Shown in pieces: positions 12,524-24,080 of a stretch of DNA of 64,000 bases. The stretch comes from Elsinoe ampelina (taxonomy: Eukaryota). A program made the translations under genes and the position numbers. Each line of letters opens with the position of its first letter. Position 1 is the first letter of the stretch. The stretch is taken from assembly GCA_010093995.1 (NCBI GenBank), contig ML992501.1, forward strand, positions 1,518,566 through 1,582,565. Direction: 5' to 3'. A model generated the notes under the pieces. The model did no database searches, had not been told where the DNA came from, and worked only from the letters and a program-made list of their open reading frames with translations.

Positions 12524-15500
12524 CTACTCATGTCCGCCCAGTATCACAAGATACGCCTCCCATTCCGCCTCCTCCATGGCCCTCATTTCCCACTTCGCCT
12601 TCACCTCCAGTCGATTCAGCCGCCAATCGTGCTCAAAGTCCTCCGCACGCCTACCAGCTCCTTTCCGTGCCGCGGCATCGTGCAGGACTTTGAAGAAGCT
12701 CGGAAGGATCACGCGGATCTCATGAGCGAGGTTCTCCTGGTAGACATCCCCTCTGCCGGTCTCGTAGACTTTCCTCTCCACTAGTGCGACGAAGTGACCT
12801 ACTTCTCCGGACAGTATGTGTTGCCGGGTGACCTTGTTGAGTTGGCTCCACACTCTGGCGACGCTGACGTGGAGATTTACATGAATCGAGGTCGGTGCCT
12901 TACCATCTAGCGGAAGTGGCATACCTGTCTGTGCTAGCTTTCCAAATGTGTCGTCTACAGCGAATGCCTTCACCAGGTGTGCGGCTCGAGCTTGACGCAG
13001 CCGGTCCAGCTCCTTTGCGGTCCATTCTCGATCCACGTCTGGCAGGTCTTCCGGCTGGATGAACCATTCACCGCAAGCAGGGAAGCCGCATCGAAGTACG
13101 GATGCGCCGAATGGAGATGCGAATTGACATGCACTAGTGTGACGGGCGAAGAAGGCATGGTCGGCTGGGTCGGATGCACGGAAGATGGATGTCAGTGTTG
13201 GGATCACTGCTGCGTCTGGTAGTGCTGGGAACGAGACATCGAGCACGGTAGTAGCGAGAGCTTCAGACTGTCGCATGTACGCGAAGAAGGTCTTGGTCTT
13301 GGCGTGTGACGGGAGGTGGTATAGGAGCCAGAAGGAGAGCAGCTGGGCTCGACGCATCAGATGGAGTTTCTCGGACTCGCTGCAGCGGTCAAGGAGGTCC
13401 ACGTCTGATGCAAAGAAGGCACGAAGACGAGTACAGAACTCAACAGGTTCGTTGACAAGTGAAGCGCCGCCACGCTTATCTGTTGGAACAAGCGACGCAT
13501 TGAAGGAAGCGTAGATCATAGCCATCACTGGCTGCTTCCAGCTTTGGTCGTGCTCATTCCCATGCTTGAACGTCAGTGCAAGATAATTGGAAACAAGACC
13601 ATGTAGCATCTTTGCCACTCGCATCTGCGCGACAACCTTGTCGTCGAAGGCGCCGGCCCTGATTCCGAGGGATACCAGCTGAGTGAAGCCAGCTAGTGGG
13701 TATCCGATAGCCCAGCTATCCACTCCGTTCGCTTGGAAGTCCCGAACTGCCCACGACAGTGCTTCAGGGAACGTCACCCATGGTCCGAGCTCACTGAATG
13801 TCTCGCGACAACCAGTGTTGAGTAGCATGCTGTCCAGCGTCCACTGCAGCATAGCACGCCGGCGACTGATCTCCAGATCTTCCATGCTTTGTCCTTGTGC
13901 TCCTGCCCACTGCTTCTCACTTAGGACGCCATCGAGCACGGCCATGAAGAGCTGCGATACACCTGATGCGCCGGTGCGGAGACCTCCAGTCAGTCCAAAG
14001 TATAGTTGTTCTTGTATGTACTTCTTGTTGCTTGAGGTGTACTCAACAGTGGGTATGATGGCGGCAATGGTCTCCTGATGAATGGTCCGGCCATTGAGAG
14101 CTATCGCACATTGGAAACAAATGTGCTGACTGGAGATGAGATCCAGGTTGGACTCGAAGCGACCAGCTGCTAGTGGGAAGTCGAGGGCGAAATTGTCAGT
14201 GTTTGCTGCACCATCAGCGCCCGACTTCAGGACAACAGACATCACCTCGTTGTCGCCGCAGCATATCCAGCACTCTCCGCGGAAAGCCTTCGGGGTCTCT
14301 AGATTAAGACTAGTGACTTGTATTTCCCCTCCAGCGGCAACAGTCTCCGCTCTCCTGGCGCGATTACTCCGGCGACTAAGGATGTCAGCAGTGTATGTAG
14401 TCTTTTCCAGGTCTGTCAGCTGTTGTAGAGCATCATTGACGAGACGGTTGAGGACTCGAGCGGTTTGAGCCTCCGTCGACGTTGTTGCATCTCGCAGCGC
14501 TGTCTGGTAGCACGCGCGATTCAGCTTGTGAGCTTCACGCAGCTGCTGCTGAAGTTGGTTCCGAGCATCTTGATCAAGACCAGCGTCTCCGAGTCGAGAC
14601 ACGATTGCAGCCGCGTTAGCATTATCTTCGAGACGGACGCTGACCTGTTCGACCTTCTGAGCTAGCAGGAGATGTCGAAGATGTTGTGTACGACCCCGGG
14701 TCTTGCAAGCAAGCGAGAGGTTGCCGAAAGCCTCTTCAGCAAGGAGATCCATGGCTTCGACCTGACCGAGTACTGTTCTGGCGTCGAAGAGTATGTTGAG
14801 ATCGACCAGTGTGTCCTCATTCTTTTTACGCCAGGTTTGACCAAGATCTACGAGTCCCACGGTCTGCATCGGACGAGTCTCGGCGACAGGCACCTGAATG
14901 AGCTCAGTCGCGCAGAGATCGAGGAACTGCTGCTCAGATGTGAGTCGCTTCATTCGAGACCAGCTGGATAGTTCAGGAGTGTCTCCGAGAGGGCTGTCGA
15001 CTAGTCCAGAAAAACATCCTTTTGCTGCAAAGATGAAAAGGCTACCACTTGCGCAATCCTTGAACAGAAAAAGGACGTCGCTAGCATTTGCAAGGAATGA
15101 GATCCCAACTGATATGTTCATGGAAGCGGGGCTGGAGCGACAATTGCCAGCGACTACGAAGACAATGGGCACGTTGATTGCGCCGGTCTCGTTGGCTAGT
15201 CGGAATAGTGCTGGGACATCGGCGTCCCAGATCTCACCGTCAGTCAGCAGATACCAAACGTCAGACTTGTTCAGAGCTGAAAGGGCGTTTGGGTTGCTCA
15301 GGATTGTAGAGGGTGAAGTGCCACCCATGTTACCACTCCATTGGACATTCTCGAGGTCGAACACAGGGTCGTTGGAAACAGTTCCCCAGGTCAAGACTCG
15401 GTCTCGCCCCAGGCAGTGTAGAGGCTTGACGAATTCATGCTCGTGCTTGATGATGGAACCTGCGGTGGAGCCTGAGGCGTCGACTGCGAATAGTTGTCGT

Positions 15501-15574
15501 GCGTGGTGAAACGCGACATATTCAATCTGTGCTCCACTTTGTCGGTGGACCTTCCAGTCTCCTGAAGATTCCAT
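12524..15574 (-). CDS. Intronless 1016-aa protein with N-terminal vWA (MIDAS) domain, coiled coil and Cys-rich putative Zn-binding motifs; function unknown
   Basis: LFAVDASGST (DxSxS), GGT and WYLLTDG; central CWICC...HICFQC; C-terminal CGFPAC. Single long ORF. Confidence 0.8.
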   Translation of the reverse strand: MESSGDWKVHRQSGAQIEYVAFHHARQLFAVDASGSTAGSIIKHEHEFVKPLHCLGRDRVLTWGTVSNDPVFDLENVQWSGNMGGTSPSTILSNPNALSALNKSDVWYLLTDGEIWDADVPALFRLANETGAINVPIVFVVAGNCRSSPASMNISVGISFLANASDVLFLFKDCASGSLFIFAAKGCFSGLVDSPLGDTPELSSWSRMKRLTSEQQFLDLCATELIQVPVAETRPMQTVGLVDLGQTWRKKNEDTLVDLNILFDARTVLGQVEAMDLLAEEAFGNLSLACKTRGRTQHLRHLLLAQKVEQVSVRLEDNANAAAIVSRLGDAGLDQDARNQLQQQLREAHKLNRACYQTALRDATTSTEAQTARVLNRLVNDALQQLTDLEKTTYTADILSRRSNRARRAETVAAGGEIQVTSLNLETPKAFRGECWICCGDNEVMSVVLKSGADGAANTDNFALDFPLAAGRFESNLDLISSQHICFQCAIALNGRTIHQETIAAIIPTVEYTSSNKKYIQEQLYFGLTGGLRTGASGVSQLFMAVLDGVLSEKQWAGAQGQSMEDLEISRRRAMLQWTLDSMLLNTGCRETFSELGPWVTFPEALSWAVRDFQANGVDSWAIGYPLAGFTQLVSLGIRAGAFDDKVVAQMRVAKMLHGLVSNYLALTFKHGNEHDQSWKQPVMAMIYASFNASLVPTDKRGGASLVNEPVEFCTRLRAFFASDVDLLDRCSESEKLHLMRRAQLLSFWLLYHLPSHAKTKTFFAYMRQSEALATTVLDVSFPALPDAAVIPTLTSIFRASDPADHAFFARHTSACQFASPFGASVLRCGFPACGEWFIQPEDLPDVDREWTAKELDRLRQARAAHLVKAFAVDDTFGKLAQTGMPLPLDGKAPTSIHVNLHVSVARVWSQLNKVTRQHILSGEVGHFVALVERKVYETGRGDVYQENLAHEIRVILPSFFKVLHDAAARKGAGRRAEDFEHDWRLNRLEVKAKWEMRAMEEAEWEAYLVILGGHE

Positions 15575-15849
15575 CTTGTCGATGGGACATTGTCGACAAG
15601 TGTACGCCAGTACTCTTATGTATATGGTTTCCTAACACGACAGGAAAACCCACGTCATTGTCCTATACTATCAGTCGTGATTCACCTACCTTGATTCACA
15701 GGCTCATAGGGAAACGAGGCCTCCACGCGACGGCTAGAAGAGGACGCCGCCGGCACCGCCTCAGCGCAGCGACGCTGACTCACACATCCCAGGCGGCCAG
15801 GTACTGGTTGCCTGAGCATCGCACAGAGATGTCTGCGAAACAGGACTGA

Positions 15850-16996
15850 TACGTGATCTGTCATGGTGATGGAAAATGTATTCGGGTTGGACTACGCAAA
15901 CAATGACAAGTGGATTACGTAGGCGAAGCGAAGCAGAAATCAGAAATCCAAGCAGAAGGACCATCGCCGACGTGCGGGCCGATATCGGCTCTGGGCCTCC
16001 TATGGGCTCCGTTTTTGATGGCGAACAAATTCGACTGACGATCGTGTCATCATACCCTAGGCTCTAAAGGAAACCCACTAGCTCCATTGTCCGACTACCA
16101 CCAGCCAGGTCTGTCATTGACGAACCTCCAGTAATCGCCGAACCAAAGGGGAATGTCTTCACCCAAAGCCCGGGCACAGAAGATGTCCAGTTCGCCTTCA
16201 TTGACCTCTCTTGCTTTGACCCTTTTCGCGTCGATCTCCGGGATGTCTTGTCCATGGTCCATGGCGTTCGGTATAGCTGCATCTGAACAACATCAGATCA
16301 GCCCATTTACCAGGAGGTGGCGACCCCAGCGCGATGTGTGTCAAATGCAGCGGGGTGAGATCTGCATCATCATCGATCCCCGAACCAAGTGTATCGGTTG
16401 CCAGTCCCCAGCAGATATGAGCTTCAGGAATCTGCCAGTGTAGGCACAATCGGTAATGTGAAGTTGCTGAACATCCCCAAAGCATGCTGCTGATCTTGAC
16501 CCATCGGGGATCGTCATGAAGTGCACTTCGTTGAGTCCAAGTAGTGCTGGAGCTTTCAGTATCGGCCTTTCATCTCCTGGAGAAGTAAAGAAACGGAGGC
16601 GACCTCCGATTATACTTAGTGACTCCAGCTTCTTCATCTGAACTTGTGCAAGGTAGCCCAAGCAATCATTGACTGTCTCCAGACAGGATGGTTCGGCGTT
16701 ACCGCAAATCATGATATGCTAGACTCGATGCCCGTTGCATTTCAGTGCTGGCACCAAGCTTTTCAGGGATCCGTTCTTCATTTGGATGATGAGGGAAGAA
16801 TACGGCCGGGAGATACCTGTGTTACGGCATTGCCTGCAAGTCAAGCATAGTGATCTGATATCCGACGTTTCGGACAGCTTGAGAAGTCAGCAGGAAGTAG
16901 AAATCGTCGGGCTTGACTCACAAAACTGAAGACAATATCCAGTACCTCAATTGGACACGAAAGTAGTCCAGTCAGCTCAGAAGCAGTCTGTGCCAT
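15850..16996 (-). pseudogene. Degenerate F-box/LRR-like gene (copy 1)
   Basis: MAQTASELTGLLSCPIEVLDIVFSF, intron 16921-16878, then LSETSDIRSLCLTCRQCRNRYLPAVF, the same architecture as its neighbours. A frameshift near 16795 and an in-frame TAG near 16720 follow; the remainder is broken into short ORFs. 3' end approximate. Confidence 0.65.
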
Positions 16997-17549
16997 CGTC
17001 TTCAAGCACACGTCGGGTGTAAAGATACGCTGCTGTTGAAGTCTGGTCGGTGAAGTTGTGATGTGAAAGCGACGGTCGAGGTTAGATTAGAGTGAAAGTT
17101 GATGATGTTCGAGGAGAGCAAAAGATAAGTACGTCAACCCAGCGCGATAGAAGTCGTTCAAGAGAGTGTGAAACGAGACTTTACAGTAATGTGAAATCTA
17201 ATAGAGAGCATCTCTGTGAGGCGCAGAGTGAGGTCGTTCAGCGAGAGTGGCGAATTGAGATGAATAGTATCACGAGAGGTATAGACTATATATCGCCACC
17301 ATTTGAGCTGCAAAGCTCAGTTAGTAGATGAATCGGACTCGAAGGCAGTGTTTGTGACGGTATGACCTCGAGCATGAATGTTTAGATAGAGTTTCTCATG
17401 CTCAAAGAAATGTCATCATCGGTAGGATGAACTTTGATGAACGGGACCTCGCAATTGACGACTCGAAATCAACACACGGGTAGACATGAAAACAACGCTG
17501 AATGAAAAAAGTCTGTAGGCCTCAAGACTACGGCTCAAGACACGTCAAT

Positions 17550-19501
17550 CTACCACCACTCACTCCCCCGAGGCACCCGACCATCACCCTGTATGTTCTC
17601 CTGCACTGGCATTACCTTTTCAAGCCTCCTCGTGGTCACAAAAGATACATCCTCATCGATGCACGCAGTCTCCTCTTTCGTCAGAAATCTCACGTCGTCA
17701 AAAGTCCTGTCGAGACAAGGCCCAGAGACAACGATTTCCGAGCAAAAGTAGGCGGCCTTGAAATTCAAGACCGAGTCATAAGCATCGGTACCTATGATGA
17801 GCTGTCTAAGTCGCCGTAGACCCACGGTGGAAGATCCAGGTCTCTGTGATTCCTGACGGTTGATGATTGCAGTCTCCAAGTTCTGCATATTGACGGCGAC
17901 TTGGTCTAACACTTGAGGATGCCTTATTGCTGAAGCCTTCCGGAGCATCGTATCTTGCCCATAGTTGAGCCAGTCAAATATCCGCTTGGCAATGCCTGCA
18001 ACTAGATCCAAATAAGGTCCGCTCTCAATGAGCTTGCCGTCGACGATCAAAATTGGATAAGTCGAAATGTTGAGCGTCCGCAGGGCAGGTAGTCTCCTGA
18101 CAGCACACTGTAGACAGGTCAGATGGGCTAGGCCACAGGGTTCGATAACTTGTACCTACCAGAAATGACAGAAATTCAATCTTGGCTCCTTCGAGAGCCC
18201 AGATACGGGGAAAGGCACAAGCCAGTGCCTTCAACTTTGGTGCGTTCAAGCAAAGCTGCAGGAGATCTTGATAATGCCATCGCTCTTCCCTTGGTTGTTG
18301 ATAACTTCCTCGTTTCGTCCACGAGTGAACTCGAAGATACTTCAAAGTTTCTGCTTGAAGCACAATTGCCTGAGCACTGAGGACGCGGGGACAATCTTCG
18401 AGCTCGACCGCGATTTCTTCGAGACCCCTGATATCCTCGAGCAGGTTTTCGATCGACTCGACTAGCCTCATGGTCCTGTCGTGCTTGCCACACACACGAA
18501 GACTGCGGAGAGATAGACCATCTCTGCGCCGTCCACATCGCTGACTCAGCGCATGGATCAAGTCCGCAGTGCTGGAACAGTCCGCAATCGACAATCTCGT
18601 CAGATAGGTAAGATCGATGATGTGGGCATAGGTGTATGACGCTTGTCCAAGGTGGATCCCAACAAGATCAAGCTCGCACAACTTGATGGGAGGCTGGCCA
18701 GATCCGAACGGCAGATGGAGGCGGAAGAGGGTCCTTGTCAGTAGACCAGGTCCATTCGAAGAGTCATTCCAGCGTATCTCCGGATCCAAGCCCCACTCAG
18801 CCTCCCGCTCTGGGAGCAGATGCAGGTGAAGAGTCCTTAATCTGCTACTATGACTTAGAATTTGATGGCAGATTTTGAGGTCGTGAGTGCGCTGTGGTGT
18901 CAAATACAACGCTTCGATGCTTCGTAGACTGCCACCGAGACTCAACAAACGTCCCGTAGCATCCACCTCCGAGCAATTGTGCCCGACAGTATTGACGGAC
19001 AGGCTTCTCAAGCAAGTGTGACGCGCCAGTATTTCTGCAACCCAGTCCACTTCCATGACCATGTCTGAAGTAGCATGGAACGATAGCAGACTGTTCCAAG
19101 GCAATAGCCGCATGAGCTGTGCCAGTATCTGCCGAGCATTGTCATGCATCTTCGCCGTGACCTCCCCATCGTCATCTATGTAAAAGTTGAAGTGAACATG
19201 ACGGACACATCTGAGCCCCTGATTGCCCTGCCCGAGTTTATTCAGAAGTCTATTCGACACATTCTCAGAGACTTCCACGACCATAGAGTTGTACAGCTCT
19301 GGTATGCTGAGTCGGTACGTTTGCTTGCAAGCGAGTGCCAGGCTTCTCAGGTCCGCCTTGGAAGCGAGCTATTCACATCAGCTTGTGGACGGACAACTCG
19401 GGCGGAGCACTTACGGATTGTACAATTACCAGTTTCAGATCCAGTGGTAGGTGCATGAAACTCGCACGTCCACGGGTATGGTCCCCGATCCTCGTTGCCA
19501 T
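17550..19501 (-). CDS. F-box/LRR-like protein (copy 2); exons 19501-19415, 19368-18160, 18107-17550
   Basis: FMHLPLDLKLVIVQS|LASKADLRSLALACKQTYRLSIPELY F-box-like motif; LxxLxL repeats; GT-AG introns with branch sites. Confidence 0.8.
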
Positions 19502-20113
19502 GATATGCCCAGATGTGTCCCTAACGGTCACCACGTTTTAAATGGCACTCTAGTGATATGGTAGTGTATGTAATCTTGGTATAGATCAGAGTGTCAGAGA
19601 AGGAGATTCTACTCAGCTCATGACTTTTCGTCTGTGTTCACGCACAAAGGGGTCACGTGATCAATTGCATTCTCAAAGAAAGCCGCGAATTTGAGCGAGA
19701 CGGATTCAGAAAACCCATCTGATGCGACAAAGGACTCTCCCATTGTGGAATATTGGCACTGTTTCCGATCTGTGTGTCTGCAAATGGCAACGTGGTCCGC
19801 TACGTCGCAAGAGGGAGACGACTCGGCCTCGTGAACTTGCATCTGCAGTACTTTCTGACTAGGCCAGCTCTCGCGCGGGCATATCGCGGGTCGAACACAT
19901 GTTCTACCGGTTTGCAAGAAGATGACATAGTCCTGTATTGATCTCCAAGGTGTGTTGTTGCTGATTCTTGTTGCTGATGAAATTGAGTGTCCGCACTCCC
20001 GAATCTGACACCGCCACATTAGTCATCCTGCACATGACGACCATGCATGGGCAGAAGCATCACACCTTTCTCAGCGGAGACTCATCCTTCAGATTCGACC
20101 AGAACACCCATCA

Positions 20114-21457
20114 ATGGCCTTGAACGAGGATCTCGATGTCTTTGGACACCAGCCGCCGCTGCACAAACTTTATACGCAAATCACCTTGTGCTATGCCGTT
20201 GCAGATGCTAGAGCAATTCAGGCAAACATTGAAGTCATCCGAGAAGGGCTAGGAGTCCTAGCAAAGAGCTTCCCATGGACTGCTGGACAAGTGGTACGGG
20301 ACGAGGAAGGAAACCTGAGGATCCAAAGCCTGGACAAAGCACCTCGGTTGACCATCAAAGACTACAGCAACGACAAAGAGATGCCCTCCCTAGAGCAAAT
20401 GCGGCAGGCAAGATTCCCATTTTCGATGCTCAATGAATCGATCGTAGCACCCTGCCCCACGCTGTCACACAGTATTGATGGACCAGTCCCGACTTTTCTG
20501 GTACAAGCCAACATCATCCGAGGCGGACTCCTCCTAACCTTCAATGCTGGCCACGATGTGATGGATCTAGTAGGACAGCACTTCATCATGCACCTCCTGT
20601 CCAAAGCCTGCAAAGGACAGCCATTCACACCCGAGGACCTAACAATCGGCAACCCCAACAGGCCCAGCATGATCCCCCTCCTCGACACCACCTATCACCC
20701 CGGCCCCGAGCTCGACCCCCAAAGACTCCCTCCCGCCCCCTCAGACCCCGCGCCCACCTCCCCCTTCCCTCCCTCCCCAGCAACATGGTCCTACTTCCTC
20801 TTCTCCCCCACCTCACTCACCACTCTCAAATCCCACACCACAACCACCCTCCCCCCTACCTCCCCCCTCATCTCCACAGACGACGCCCTCACCGCCCTGG
20901 TCTACACCCGCCTCACCGCCGCCCGCTCCCCCCGCCTCCCCGCCTCCACCCCCATCAACCTCGCCCGCGCAGTCGACGCAAGACGCTACCTCTCCCTCCC
21001 CGCCGCCTACCCGGGTCTGTGCCAAAACATGACCTACCACACCTTCACGGCCGAAAACCTCACTTCCCTCCCGCTGGGCGCCATCGCGCTCCATCTCCGC
21101 CGCGCCGTCGACCCCGCTGCTTCGGACGTGGGGTTCCGGACCCGCGCGCTGGCGACGGCGCTCGCGAGGGCGTCGGCCCGGGAGAGGAGTGGGTTCAGCT
21201 TCACGGCTGGTGTCGACGGGCCGAAAGATATGATGTTGTCGAGTTGGAGTAAAGTGGGTATGTACGAGGTTGATTTCGGGTGGGGGGAGCCGGAGGCGGT
21301 GCGGAGGCCGAGTTTTGATGGGGTCGAGGGGTTGGTGTATTTCATGCCGAAGAGGGGGGATGGGGAGGTCGTGGTCGGGGTGTGTTTGAGGGGGGAGGAT
21401 TTGGAGAGGTTGAGGAAGGATGAGGTTTGGGGGAGGTGGGCGGAATTTGTTGGGTGA
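20114..21457 (+). CDS. BAHD/transferase-family O-acyltransferase, trichothecene 3-O-acetyltransferase (Tri101/Ayt1)-like
   Basis: LDVFGHQPPLHKLYTQ N-terminus, catalytic HxxxD (HDVMD), STDDALTA, SSW...VDFGWG and VRRP motifs; intronless 447 aa. Confidence 0.9.
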   Translation: MALNEDLDVFGHQPPLHKLYTQITLCYAVADARAIQANIEVIREGLGVLAKSFPWTAGQVVRDEEGNLRIQSLDKAPRLTIKDYSNDKEMPSLEQMRQARFPFSMLNESIVAPCPTLSHSIDGPVPTFLVQANIIRGGLLLTFNAGHDVMDLVGQHFIMHLLSKACKGQPFTPEDLTIGNPNRPSMIPLLDTTYHPGPELDPQRLPPAPSDPAPTSPFPPSPATWSYFLFSPTSLTTLKSHTTTTLPPTSPLISTDDALTALVYTRLTAARSPRLPASTPINLARAVDARRYLSLPAAYPGLCQNMTYHTFTAENLTSLPLGAIALHLRRAVDPAASDVGFRTRALATALARASARERSGFSFTAGVDGPKDMMLSSWSKVGMYEVDFGWGEPEAVRRPSFDGVEGLVYFMPKRGDGEVVVGVCLRGEDLERLRKDEVWGRWAEFVG

Positions 21458-21593
21458 GTGGAGGTTGGGGAGGTTGGATGATCTATGTTGAGTGCTAGAA
21501 GGGAGCAGAAGTGAACGAAATCGGTCAGCCGAGACATGGCCGTGCTCGTTTAGCTGCCTCGTTTGTTGTGGCTATGTACCTCCTACTGCCATG

Positions 21594-23733
21594 CTATATG
21601 GCAAGGTCAGCAGGGTCAATTGGCCCTTGTTCTGTATTCATCTTCAAATAAGCCCGGTACCGCTCTTCCCCTTGCTCTTTACGGGCCTGCTTCACCGCAT
21701 CAACCCTGTTCATGGGTCTGAAATGTAGTGTCCTGTTCAGGACTTCGAAGTGGGTGCCCTCCCACACCCTGTGGCCCTTGGATACCGGAACGACTCTTGC
21801 CATCCTTCCATCAGCACCCTCTTCCCACTTTCGTTCGTAGACTGCCTGATCCTCATGATCGCCCCTGGCGTATAGCTGAGTGGTTCCAAATCCTATGTAC
21901 CGGAGGTTGTGTGCTCCCCGCATACCTCGGACGCCACATGCTTTGCTGGCCTCAGACATGGCATTTGTTTCATCATCGTCCTGTTCGTCTGCTCCTTCCT
22001 GTATGATTGCTCCTTCGGACCCACGGTCACCTTGAGGGACATTGAATGCCTCTGATTTGGAATCAACGCCGTCTGGTACAGCCGGCTTGTGTTGCACAAT
22101 ACCGATATGATACTCGCTGTCACTATCTCCGTAGTGCCATGTGATCTCGAAGATCTGTTCAGCACATGCTCGGACGCCGTGATAGTACTCTCGGTCAGAT
22201 ATGGACAAAGGATGGGAAGCGACGGGCCAATTGGTGATGTTGAGGGTAACAAGGCTCTCGAGATTGCAGATGCATTGCTACAATTCAGTCAGTCGTCAGT
22301 TTGGGACTAAGTAGCAGAGATTGGTACCATCCATTCCTTCCATCCTCGCGAGAACTTTTGTCCGACTACCATTTCTGGCATGCTGATCGCCAGATGCTTC
22401 AAATTCTGTGCCTTGTGGCAGAACTCGCGGAAGTCAGGGACTTGCCAGACCCTTTGCCATAAAACGGGGGTGCCTTCGCCAGCCGCGTTGGCTTCGTGCA
22501 AGGACAGCGTCTCCAGAGTATCGGCATTTTGAATCAGGCCATTCCAGTCTCTCATCTTGTCGTCTTCGTAATAGCCCAGAATACATATAGTGAGGTGGCG
22601 GAGTCTCAATCTGGAGCGGAGCAGTTCCTGCAGGATCATCTCAACGTCGTCACCTGATTCCCTATGGAGGTATTCGAGGGTTTCCCATCTTGGTGACTGC
22701 CCAACGACTGATATCATATGGTCGAGGAAATCGTCGTAATCTGTGCCTTCGAGGAGCCGGATGACTTGCAGTCGTGCGATATCGACAGCAACTAGCCATT
22801 CCACACCAGCATCATACAGGTCTAGTCTCTTGACTGTCAACGAATTGAGGCCCGGGAAGAGAGGTAGAAGGCCGAGTTGTCGTAAGCTATTGAGATCCAC
22901 ATCACCAGCTAGCACCTCGAGCATTTCCTTACCCGTATCGTAGATGTCTTCCAGCGAGAGTTCTCGCAGGCTCTCATACTGACAAAACCTAGGGATGATG
23001 GGGCAAACTTGTGAAGAGTCCTTGATGTAGTAGCGATAATTCTCAAGGTGGGGCAGCGTTGCATGTGAGCGGTCCAGCATGCCCGGCGGAGGACTCCATG
23101 AGTGACCTTCGACTAGTCCACCCAGTCTTCGCAGGTTTCTCTGATGCGTCTGAAAGTGCAAAAGTAAGCCGCAAAGGTTTTGATATTCTCCCTCTTCCCA
23201 ATCGAATGTGTCCAGAGTATCCTCCTGGAGTTTCCCAACCACTAGATCGAGCAGCTTCGCTTCGTCTTGCTGGTTGAAAGGCCCCAGAATGGTCATGATT
23301 CTGACATGCCTCAGTAGCTCGCTACGGCTGACGGATCGCCAACAGTCTGTTCTCGAGACATCGAGAATCAAGTGATGATACAGTCTTGGTATCGCTAGAT
23401 CATTAAATATCTTGCAAACTTGTGATGCATTATCGAGATGACCCGGCTGTTTGACCTAGTCAAAGTCAGCTATACTCGGTGTGGGTGCGATGCTGAGCTG
23501 CTCCGAGCGCATAAAAGACTGCGAGCTTGGAGCAGTCGAGCTTGATTCAACGCCTTGGACGCCATACAGATTCCTTGATGGGTAGGAAGATCTGCTGCCT
23601 GGCGCCCACAGGATACTGTTAGAAGAGCATCGCTGAACCAGTGGTCCATGAATGTTGCTACCGTGGGGAGACTTACATGATCTAGAATGAGACCGATGAT
23701 CTCGGTTGGCAATGGTTCTAGTATTGAAGGCAT
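21594..23733 (-). CDS. F-box/LRR-like protein (copy 3); exons 23733-23677, 23455-22328, 22277-21594
   Basis: MPSILEPLPTEIIGLILDH|VKQPGHLDNASQVCKIFNDLAIPRLY; LxxLxL repeats; second intron 22327-22278. First intron is unusually long (221 nt) and has a competing acceptor. Confidence 0.7.
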
Positions 23734-24080
23734 GCTGTTATTTGTGAAGGGAGACGGCGTGAGCGAGGAGGGACAATCTCGGCGCAGCTTGCGGCAGATT
23801 GCACGCCCAGAGAGTGGCGCACACCCCTCTACTGCGAGATTAGATATGAGGATGAAAGCTGCCAAGTACATTGTATTACCACTATTAGTAGAAACGGAAA
23901 AGGAGTCTATCGAAGGTCTGTCGGTAAATTCGCATCGACAGGCTTCAAAATGACATACATTCACAAGGAGAAACTGATGAACAAAGAGATAAGTATCTTC
24001 AATGCTAATGATGATGCTAACGCTACAGTAATGATCGACTCGCTATTCTATGTATAATACAAAAACTCCCCTATTCCACT

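Noticed and set aside
19618..20019. 133-aa ORF between F-box copy 2 and the acyltransferase
   Set aside because: Lies in a short divergent promoter region and has no recognisable motif.
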